In this document: positions 53,650 to 61,395 of the stretch, one piece after another
Layout: each line of letters starts with the position of its first letter
How positions within the stretch are numbered: the stretch's first letter is position 1
Assembly (NCBI GenBank): GCA_027306525.1
Contig: DAHUZM010000079.1
Location: forward strand, 244 to 64,243
Direction: 5' to 3'
Length of the DNA: 64,000 nucleotides
Origin: Acidimicrobiaceae bacterium
GTDB taxonomy: Bacteria; Actinomycetota; Acidimicrobiia; Acidimicrobiales; RAAP-2
Program-made: the position numbers and the translations under genes
The notes under the pieces: model-generated
Database searches by the model: none
What the model was told of the DNA's origin: nothing
The model's input: only the letters and a program-made list of their open reading frames with translations

Positions 53650-54423
53650 ATGATCCAAAATCTCGGGGTCCGGCCGGCCAGTCGGCTCCGCCCCTACAAC
53701 CTGGTCGCTGCCACGTTGCATACGGCGCAGGCCATCACCGTCGTGGTCTTCGCCAACAACTTTTCCTTACCCGTTCGGGCGACCTACATGACCGGGCCTC
53801 CTGGCCCTGGAGTCGGCAGACGGCCCTTCACCCTGTTCGAGCTGCGGTTCTCGTGGGCGGTGGCTGCCTTTTTTGCCCTCTCGGCGCTGGCACATCTCGT
53901 GGTCGCCGGTCCTGCATGGCGCTCGTATCTGGCACAACTAGAGATGCACCGGAACCCTTATCGGTGGCTCGAGTACTCCCTCAGTGCATCGATAATGCTT
54001 GTGCTCATCGCCATGCTCGTTGGCATCGACGATATCGCCGCCCTTGTCGCACTGGTTGGCGTCAACGCGTCGATGATCGGCTTCGGCTGGCTTCAGGAGC
54101 GCTACGAGTCTCCCGGCGGGAGGCTCGTTCCCTTCTGGCTCGGCTGCGTAGCCGGCGCCGTACCGTGGGCGGCTATCGGGATCTACCTGGCTGGACCTGG
54201 CGCCGATCTTCACCCGCCGGGTTTCGTGTACGCGATCTTCGGTTCTTTGTTCGTCGCGTTCAACTGCTTTGCCATCAATCAATGGCTGCAATACCGCCAA
54301 GTCGGGCGATGGCGTGAGTACGTCGTGGGAGAGCGGGCTTACGTGACACTTTCCCTGGTGGCGAAGAGCCTCCTGGCATGGCAGATTTTTGCCTCGACGC
54401 TGGCATCCGCAGCGGCGCATTGA
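53650..54423 (+). CDS. heliorhodopsin (retinal-binding 7-TM photoreceptor with inverted topology)
   Basis: 257 aa, 7 hydrophobic segments, collinear with the remembered HeR-48C12 sequence. Matching blocks: ANNFSLPVRATYMTGPPG, RWLEYSLSASIMLVLIA, GVNASMIGFGWLQERY, LVPFWLGCVAGAVPWAAIGIY, PGFVYAIFGSLFVAFNCFAINQWLQY, GERAYVTLSLVAKSLLAWQIF. Lys239 in TM7, Glu108, His24 and His82 are at the expected positions. Confidence 0.9.
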   Translation: MIQNLGVRPASRLRPYNLVAATLHTAQAITVVVFANNFSLPVRATYMTGPPGPGVGRRPFTLFELRFSWAVAAFFALSALAHLVVAGPAWRSYLAQLEMHRNPYRWLEYSLSASIMLVLIAMLVGIDDIAALVALVGVNASMIGFGWLQERYESPGGRLVPFWLGCVAGAVPWAAIGIYLAGPGADLHPPGFVYAIFGSLFVAFNCFAINQWLQYRQVGRWREYVVGERAYVTLSLVAKSLLAWQIFASTLASAAAH

Positions 54424-54741
54424 TCCCGGCGATCCCACGCACGGCGATGTCGAATCGCGATTGCCCCTTAGTTCGCCGATCCGTCTTGACTCATGAGACG
54501 ATTCGGCCGCGCTCGGCCTTAGCGTTCGGATCCCGAGGCTTCGATCCCTACTCTCCGTTCCTCGGCAGAGCCAGGTTGCTGAGCCGACCCGGATCTTGCC
54601 GAGATCTAGGGGCGCACACATGCGACCCGTCGAACCCAGTCCAGCCATCCCGGGCCCCCGAGAAGATCGTCGATGGGGAGACGAGCGTCTGGACGCGGCG
54701 TGGAGCCGCCAAAGGCGTGGGCCGTTCGCCTCTGGTGGTCG

Positions 54742-57528
54742 ATGACCCGAGTGCTCGACACTGGTCTCGTAGCCACCGAAAGGCCGCGCGAGGTGTCTGA
54801 CCACAGCGCCGTCACGAGCCCAGCAACACCCTCGACGGCCGCTGACCCACACCACGCGCTTGCAACCCACCAGGTTGTCCTGCTTCTCGAAAGCGATCTG
54901 TCGAATGGGCTCTCCACCCATGAAGCCCGCACGCGTCTGGCTCGTTTCGGATCGAACGAGCTTCCGCGGGCTGCGGCGTCCTCGCCGATCGTGCGACTCG
55001 CTCGTCAAGTGCATCATCCGCTCGTCTACGTCCTGGTCGCCGCCGGGTCGCTCACCCTCGCACTGGGGAACCATGTCGATGCCGGGGTCATCTTTGGCGT
55101 GGTTGTGCTGAACGCCATCGCCGGCTTCGTCCAAGAGGCAAAGGCCGAGGCGGCCTTGGAGGCCCTGAGGTCGCTGGTCAGGACCGAAGCCAGGGTCCGC
55201 CGCGACGGCGACTTGCGGACGGTTCCTTCGACCGAGCTGGTTCCCGGCGATGTCGTGCTCGTTGAGGCAGGCGACAAGGTGCCCGCCGACTTGCGTCTCG
55301 TGGCCGTCGGCGACGTCCAGGTGGACGAGTCCTTGCTCACCGGAGAGTCGATGCCGGTGTCCAAAGCTGAGGTCGTGCTGCCGATGGCAACCCCGGTGAA
55401 CGACCGCTCCAACATGCTCTACTCGAGCACGCTCGTCACCAAGGGCCGGGGGACCGGCGTCGTGGTAGCTACCGGTGCCGAGACAGAGGTGGGCGAAATC
55501 CACCGGTTGGTCGGCTCGGCCGATGAGCTCGCCACCCCGCTCACTCGAAAGCTGGCGCGCTTCAGCACGATCCTGACAGCGGTAATCCTTGGACTTGCCG
55601 CGTTGACGTTTGCGGTGGGCATGATCCGGGGTGAGGGCGCTGCCGCGATGGTGGGCGCTGCGGTTGCGCTCGCGGTGGGAGCGATTCCCGAGGGCCTGCC
55701 CGCCGCCATGACCATCACCTTGGCCATCGGGGTCACCCGCATGGCCCGCCGCCGGGCCGTGGTGAGGCGCATGCCGGCCGTCGAGACCCTCGGGAGCACC
55801 ACGGTCATCTGCTCCGACAAGACCGGCACTTTGACCGAGAACCAGATGACAGTCCAGGCGGTGTGGACGCCCGGGCGTACATACGAGGTGACTGGCATCG
55901 GGTACCGGCCCGACGGAGTCCTCCTCGGGACGAACCACACGCCAGCGAACACGAAGGAGGACCACGCCCTCGAGTGGACGGTCACCGTCTCGGCCGCCTG
56001 CAACGACGCCCACCTTTCGATGGCGGGGGAGCGCTGGGAGGTCACCGGCGATCCGACAGAGGGAGCACTGCTCGTGCTGGCGAGCAAGGCCGGCTTCGAC
56101 ACCACGGAATGGGCCGCCCGGTTCCCGCGGGAGGCGACGGTGCCCTTCAGCTCCGAGTCTCAATGCATGGCGACGGTGCACGGGGCCGGGGATCGCCGAC
56201 TGCTGTTGGTGAAGGGGGCGGCGGAGAGGCTCGTCGCTTTGTGCTCGTTCCAGATGCAAACCGACGGATCCAGGGCTCCCCTGGACGAGGCGGCGGTGCT
56301 TCAGGCAGCCGACGCGCTCGCCGGGAACGGCTTTCGGGTGCTGGCCACGGCCGTTGGCACGATGCGACGGAGCGAACTGTTCGACGTCGGTCAGCGCCAT
56401 GGAGACCTCGCGTTGACCGGCCTCGTGGGGATGTTGGACCCGCCGCGTCCAGAGGCGATCGCCGCTGTGCAGACCTGCCACCGGGCCGGCATCGACGTGA
56501 AGATGATTACCGGTGACCACCCGACGACCGCGACGGTGGTCGCCGAGAGGATGGGCATCGGCAAGCCGGGAGACAGCGGTGCGCTGACCGGCGCGGAGCT
56601 CGCCGAGCTCGCGACCTGGGAGTTCCCCGCCGCGGTCGAGCGCTCCTCGGTGTTTGCAAGGGTCACTCCGGAGCAGAAGCTGCGCCTGGTCCAGGGACTC
56701 CAGTCCCGAGGCCACGTGGTGGCGATGACCGGCGACGGGGTGAACGACGCGCCGGCCCTTCGTCAGGCGGACATCGGGGTTGCGATGGGGAAGGGCGGGA
56801 CCGAGGTCGCCAAGGACGCTGCGGACATGATCTTGACCGATGACGACTTCGCCACCATCGAAGCCGCGGTCGAGGAAGGACGCGGCATCTTCGACAACCT
56901 CACGAAGTTCATCGCGTGGACACTGCCCACCAATATGGGCGAGGGGTTGGCGGTTCTCGTTGCGATCCTGCTGGGCACGACCTTGCCCCTCATGCCCGTT
57001 CAGATCCTCTGGATCAACATGACGACTGCAGTCGCGCTGGGCCTCATGCTCGCATTCGAGCCGAAGGAGGTCGATGTCATGGAGCGGCCTCCGCGCGATC
57101 CGGGTCGGCCGCTGCTGACCGGTGTCCTCATCCTTCGAGTGCTCCTGATGTCGGCGATCTTGGTGGGAGGTGCAATGTGGCTTTTCCATTGGGAAAGATC
57201 GAGCGGTGCACCGATCGCCGAGGCAAGGACGTCTGCCCTCAATTTCTTCGTAACAACCGAGGCCTTCTACCTCTTCGCTTGCCGGTCCCTCACACGCTCT
57301 GTCTGGCAGATCGGCGTGCTCTCGAACCGCTGGGTTCTGGGCGGCGTGGCGCTGCAGGCGCTCGGACAGGTGGCGATCACCTATGTCCCGGCCTTCAACT
57401 CCCTGTTTGGCACGGCGCCAATCGGTGCTGGCGCCTGGGTGCGCCTACTGCTCGTTGCGGCGGGGAGCTCGGTGGTGGTCGCATTCGACAAGAAGATCCG
57501 GCGGTCGATCGCTCTCCGAGTCCGATGA
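54742..57528 (+). CDS. P-type cation-transporting ATPase, P2 (Ca2+/cation, PEGL motif) type
   Basis: TGES, TM4 IPEGLPA, phosphorylation site CSDKTGTLTENQMTV, TGDHPTTA, MTGDGVNDAPALRQADIGVAMG. Start ATG 54742 or GTG 54793; the track ORF starts at 54673. Confidence 0.9.
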   Translation: MTRVLDTGLVATERPREVSDHSAVTSPATPSTAADPHHALATHQVVLLLESDLSNGLSTHEARTRLARFGSNELPRAAASSPIVRLARQVHHPLVYVLVAAGSLTLALGNHVDAGVIFGVVVLNAIAGFVQEAKAEAALEALRSLVRTEARVRRDGDLRTVPSTELVPGDVVLVEAGDKVPADLRLVAVGDVQVDESLLTGESMPVSKAEVVLPMATPVNDRSNMLYSSTLVTKGRGTGVVVATGAETEVGEIHRLVGSADELATPLTRKLARFSTILTAVILGLAALTFAVGMIRGEGAAAMVGAAVALAVGAIPEGLPAAMTITLAIGVTRMARRRAVVRRMPAVETLGSTTVICSDKTGTLTENQMTVQAVWTPGRTYEVTGIGYRPDGVLLGTNHTPANTKEDHALEWTVTVSAACNDAHLSMAGERWEVTGDPTEGALLVLASKAGFDTTEWAARFPREATVPFSSESQCMATVHGAGDRRLLLVKGAAERLVALCSFQMQTDGSRAPLDEAAVLQAADALAGNGFRVLATAVGTMRRSELFDVGQRHGDLALTGLVGMLDPPRPEAIAAVQTCHRAGIDVKMITGDHPTTATVVAERMGIGKPGDSGALTGAELAELATWEFPAAVERSSVFARVTPEQKLRLVQGLQSRGHVVAMTGDGVNDAPALRQADIGVAMGKGGTEVAKDAADMILTDDDFATIEAAVEEGRGIFDNLTKFIAWTLPTNMGEGLAVLVAILLGTTLPLMPVQILWINMTTAVALGLMLAFEPKEVDVMERPPRDPGRPLLTGVLILRVLLMSAILVGGAMWLFHWERSSGAPIAEARTSALNFFVTTEAFYLFACRSLTRSVWQIGVLSNRWVLGGVALQALGQVAITYVPAFNSLFGTAPIGAGAWVRLLLVAAGSSVVVAFDKKIRRSIALRVR

Positions 57529-57725
57529 TGCCTCGGTGATGGCTGTCGCCCCTCGATCAGTCGGAAGGTTGGCGATGACATTCCTCGGCGAGCCGCAGAG
57601 CATTCGAAGATGACACGGCGATGGATCGTGCCGAGTTCCCAGCCCCATCGCGTCGACAGAACGCCCCCTCAGCACGCCCACGTTTGATCGTCGCTGCCCC
57701 AGGCGGGAGATCTCGCCGATCGGAG

Positions 57726-59492
57726 TTAGGTCGGATTCGGTGTTGGCGCGGTCGGCCGAACGCCGGGGGCACAGGCCCTTGGATCCCATGGCTCGAGACT
57801 GGTGATAGCGGGGCTCGGGGCAGCGATCGCACCGGCGGCAGATCCAGAAGCAGCCGGCACAATTGTTGTCAATGTCGTCGTCGACGTCCCTGATGTCGTC
57901 GGGATACCGGGTCCAGAGGGAGCGTTGACGGAGAACTGTGAACCTGTGACCACTGTGACCTGAGCGCCGTCAACCACTTCCGCGGGGTCATACGCCATCA
58001 CGACTGCGCCGGACATCGACCGAGCGACCGATTCCGCCGCGGCCTCATCCGCCCCTGTCCGCGATCCGTAGTAGACGTAGGTTTCCTGGACATCACCGAC
58101 GGGCGCGGTGTCGCCAACACCAAGAACGTGGAAGCCGAGGGTGCCGAGAGCGTCTGCAGTGGTGCTGGCCTGGTTGTAGGCACCTGTACCGTTGAGCACC
58201 GATACCGACACCGAGGAGGGCGATGGAAGCGGGCTTCCGGTCATCGAGTCGGTGTTCGCTCCGATGCCGAGCAGCTGATCGACAGCCGAGAGGTCCTGTG
58301 ACTCGGCCGGGAACTCGACGTCGCCGTAGCTATACCCCTTGTACATGAGCGAGCCACCCACGCCCGCCGGGTCAGAGACCACTTGCACCGGGAGAGTGAG
58401 CTGCGGAACCGAACTGAGATTGATCGAGTGAAGGTCGAGAACGAGATGAACCATGTCGCTCACAGACCACGATTGATCAAACGTCAGATCGGCCTTAACT
58501 GAGTTGATCAGGTTCAGATCCGTGACGGGATTGCCGAGCCCCCGATTAGCCATGGCTGCGGCGAGGACCCGTAGGAATTCATGGTCGCGCCGGATGCGGG
58601 CAAGGTCACTCAGCCCTTCTTGGGGCCACGAGTAGGGGTCGTTCGGATTCGACTGAGGCGTTTCATGGCGTAGATGACGCGCCCTGACGACTTGAAGGGC
58701 TTGGGTGCCGTTCAGGTGCACGCAGGCCGCGGCACGCTGGTTGAGCCCCGAACTCACTGGTTGGTCCCCGTTGACGCCACCACCAGTCGGAGCCCAATCG
58801 AAAACCGAGATTGGAAAGGACATGTTGAGACCACCTAGCGCATCAACGATGTTGGCGAATTGGTCGAAGTCGAGCGAGACGGCATGTTGGATCGGTATGC
58901 CGAAGTCCTCTTCGATCGAAGCGACAAGCTGCGAGAGGCCCTCGTAGAGGCCTGCATCGATCTTGTTGGCGCCCGTGGTGCGGGCGTTCGGAATGAAGAG
59001 ATCCCGCGGTATGGAGAGCAATGCCAGGCGATGTTTCGCCGGATCGGCGTGCAGAATCATGATCACGTCGCTGTTGACTCCGGTGACACCCTGTGAGCAC
59101 AGGCCGTACGCGGGGTTTTGAACCGCGAGTGCGCAGCGGGACGTGGAACCGACCATCAGGATGTTTTCGGTCCCGAGTTCCCTTCCTGCGACAAACGCCG
59201 GACGAAGTCCTCGGACCGTCTGACGCCGTAGGTCGTGAGCGAGGTAGTAGATGTATCCGGCACCGGCCAACACCACCACCATCACGGTCGCGACGACGAT
59301 CAGAACCCATCTGCGCCAACGGTGAACGCGGCGGCTGCCCGTATGACGTGCTCTGCTCCTCGTGCTCGCGTGATTCGCTCGGCGCGCCGGCCGGCCTGCG
59401 CTCTTGTTGTGTATGTCCAGCTCTCGACCGAGAGCATGAAGACCATCCAAGCGATCCTTCGGCGTGATTTCATCGCGGCTGTGTCTAGGCAT
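57726..59492 (-). CDS. LytR-CpsA-Psr (LCP) family cell-envelope phosphotransferase with C-terminal LytR_C domain
   Basis: N-terminal TM. LCP core (NILMVGS...SDVIMILHADPAKHRLALLSIPRDL...IQHAVSLDFDQFANIVDALGG). LytR_C (VSVSVLNGTGAYNQASTTADALGTLGFHV). Confidence 0.85.
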   Translation of the reverse strand: MPRHSRDEITPKDRLDGLHALGRELDIHNKSAGRPARRANHASTRSRARHTGSRRVHRWRRWVLIVVATVMVVVLAGAGYIYYLAHDLRRQTVRGLRPAFVAGRELGTENILMVGSTSRCALAVQNPAYGLCSQGVTGVNSDVIMILHADPAKHRLALLSIPRDLFIPNARTTGANKIDAGLYEGLSQLVASIEEDFGIPIQHAVSLDFDQFANIVDALGGLNMSFPISVFDWAPTGGGVNGDQPVSSGLNQRAAACVHLNGTQALQVVRARHLRHETPQSNPNDPYSWPQEGLSDLARIRRDHEFLRVLAAAMANRGLGNPVTDLNLINSVKADLTFDQSWSVSDMVHLVLDLHSINLSSVPQLTLPVQVVSDPAGVGGSLMYKGYSYGDVEFPAESQDLSAVDQLLGIGANTDSMTGSPLPSPSSVSVSVLNGTGAYNQASTTADALGTLGFHVLGVGDTAPVGDVQETYVYYGSRTGADEAAAESVARSMSGAVVMAYDPAEVVDGAQVTVVTGSQFSVNAPSGPGIPTTSGTSTTTLTTIVPAASGSAAGAIAAPSPAITSLEPWDPRACAPGVRPTAPTPNPT

Positions 59493-59955
59493 GAGAAGCT
59501 GGCCACCGTCGGTGCGGGCGGAGAATGGCTCGACTCACGGTAGCTGGTCGAGGTAGGTGCGAATCGACTCGGAACATCGAGCACCTTGTTCGAACCGAGC
59601 TTGGCCGCCTGCGACCTGCGTCGGATCGAGTTTGACCGTGCGAGGTGGCTTGGGGGTTGCCGAGACCCGCCATAGCCGCGTCGCCATCGCAGCGATCCGA
59701 AGTTGCTGCGGTCGACGAAGAGAACCTTCGCGCAAATGACAGCCCGCGCTCGGGCTTCTGGACGTCGTCGTGGGAGCACCGCACGGGCGTCGATGGCGGC
59801 GGGACGCCACGGCCAATGCGAGATGTGCGATGCGAGAGACGTCTACGTCGAAGGGATGGAGCGTCCCTCGGTCGCGCGCATCTGGACCCGATCCCGCTGA
59901 TCCTGGGCACCATCCCAGCCGGCTTTGCCCAACGAGCTTCCTCTCGCTCCCGTTG

Positions 59956-60570
59956 TCAGGGTCTCGTTGCGAGCACGCTCACGGTCGATCTTCGCCCTTC
60001 GGTGTGTTTGCTGGTCGTGATGTTGACAAATCCGAGATTGCGGCACAGTTCGGCGAACGTCGCCGCTTGGGCCTCTGTCCATCCGTGACTCGCGAGACCG
60101 CGGGCGCCCGCTTGCGTGTGACGTTCGATGGCTACGAACCGACCGCCATCTCGTAGCACCCGGTGCACCTCACGCAGTCCGGCGTCGAGGTCGGTCCAAT
60201 GGTGCACCGTCGCGAGGGACCACACAACCGTTGCGGACGCTTCGGGCAGTGGAAGGGCCTCGGCCACGCCCTCGATGTAACGGACCTCCCGCCGGTGTGC
60301 CGTGAGCAAGCGAGCCGTTCGCAGCATGACGGCGGCCGGGTCGACACCAGTGACCGACGCACCGAGGGAGGCCGCGTAGCGAGCGGCCGCACCAGGCCCA
60401 CAGCCAAGGTCCACCACCACGTCACCTCGGGATAGACCGGTCAAGCGCCCTGCCAAGCGGGCGTCGCCCCCTCGTCCGGCGGCCATGCTCAGCGCGGCGA
60501 CAAGCCCGGAGAATCCGGAGAACCCGGGGTGTTGCGCGTGGTGGTTAGGGACACTCGCCTGGTCGGACAC
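59956..60570 (-). CDS. class I SAM-dependent methyltransferase
   Basis: Motif I VVDLGCGPGAAARY, then VTGVDPAAVMLRTA. GTG start at 60570. Divergent from the MerR gene. Confidence 0.8.
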   Translation of the reverse strand: MSDQASVPNHHAQHPGFSGFSGLVAALSMAAGRGGDARLAGRLTGLSRGDVVVDLGCGPGAAARYAASLGASVTGVDPAAVMLRTARLLTAHRREVRYIEGVAEALPLPEASATVVWSLATVHHWTDLDAGLREVHRVLRDGGRFVAIERHTQAGARGLASHGWTEAQAATFAELCRNLGFVNITTSKHTEGRRSTVSVLATRP

Positions 60571-60578
60571 CCCACGAC

Positions 60579-60608
60579 CTTGACAGTTGAAGCTGGGTTC
60601 AAGTCAAG
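60579..60608 (+). promoter_or_regulatory. imperfect palindrome, candidate MerR-type operator in the divergent methyltransferase/merR region
   Basis: CTTGAC-AG-TTGAA-GCTGGG-TTCAA-GTCAAG. Outer 6-bp and inner 5-bp arms are perfect; there is a 2-nt bulge on the left. Confidence 0.4.
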
Positions 60609-61081
60609 TGTTCATCGTGTCCGAGACGCTCCTCACCATCGGCGAGGCCGCCGAGCGTGCCCAGGTGGCGACCTCCACCATCCGTTACTACGAGCGGCGA
60701 GGCCTCCTGGTGCCCGATGCCAGGGTGTCCGGACAACGGCGCTACCGGGAATCCACTCTCCGCCGGCTCATCTTCATCGGCATGCTGCAGGACGCTGGCC
60801 TCGCTCTCGACGACATCGACGGGATCTTGCGCGCGGCCGACGTCGCCGAGTGGAAGGAGATCGCGGCTCGCCGGCTCGCCGCCCTCGACGGGGAGATCGC
60901 CCGGCTGGGGCGAGCTCGCGCGTACCTCGCCGGTGCGTTGCGGTGTCGCTACGACCACCCTGCAACCGACTGCGAGGTCATGGGGGCTGAGATCGACCGA
61001 CGCCTCGCCACCCACGTCAAGGGGACTCGTTCGGAGGGAACGATCACCGAGGACGTGGGCCCGAAGTCGCGTCGTTCGTAA
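60587..61081 (+). CDS. MerR-family transcriptional regulator
   Basis: HTH LTIGEAAERAQVATSTIRYYERRGLL...GQRRY and a coiled-coil dimerisation helix. C-terminal Cys pair (RCRYDHPATDC). The true start may be GTG 60608 or 60617. Confidence 0.85.
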   Translation: MKLGSSQVFIVSETLLTIGEAAERAQVATSTIRYYERRGLLVPDARVSGQRRYRESTLRRLIFIGMLQDAGLALDDIDGILRAADVAEWKEIAARRLAALDGEIARLGRARAYLAGALRCRYDHPATDCEVMGAEIDRRLATHVKGTRSEGTITEDVGPKSRRS

Positions 61082-61395
61082 TCGAGGCGTCTGAACCGGC
61101 TTGCATGGGGCTCTCGAACCCGATCGTGGCGCGAGGAATGATCGGAGACGCCCCATCTTCGTGGTCGCGGAGAATCGCCTCGCCACCCGTCCGAGGGAGG
61201 ACTTCCTCGGTCACATTGATCGTTTCTCTCTCGAGGAGGCTCGGCACACAGAGCCAGCCAGCGAACGATGAGGAATCCCGAGGCGCCCGGGAGATCGGTC
61301 CCGACCAGGAACCGACCGGTTGGAGGGAGACGGGCGTTCACGAGTAGAGCCTTTCGACCCTCCTCCGCGGGATTGGGCCATGAGATCTTCGTCTC

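Noticed and set aside
54453-54462. Perfect 10-bp palindrome AATCGCGATT about 30 bp after the heliorhodopsin stop codon, considered as a terminator or operator.
   Set aside because: It is too short and AT/GC-balanced to form a stable terminator stem, has no following T-tract, and is a single occurrence. It is indistinguishable from chance.
53938-57189. 1083-aa ORF on the minus strand, the longest ORF in the window.
   Set aside because: It is antisense to the well-supported heliorhodopsin 3' end and the P-type ATPase gene. Its composition is Arg/Gly/Pro/His-rich with no motifs, which is a typical high-GC antisense artefact. The same reasoning applies to 961..2445(-), 6123..7835(-), 6725..9040(-), 7938..9737(-), 13089..15068(+), 13468..14868(-), 17294..18637(-), 19956..21383(-), 21064..22368(-), 24706..25956(-), 25968..27341(-), 35102..36682(-), 36537..37622(-), 60949..61863(-) and 61975..63549(-).
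59493-59955. Approximately 460-bp gap between the LCP gene and the methyltransferase, containing overlapping ORFs (59485..59913-, 59645..60088+, 59703..59900+).
   Set aside because: No frame shows coding-like composition or recognisable motifs. It is left unannotated rather than calling a hypothetical gene.
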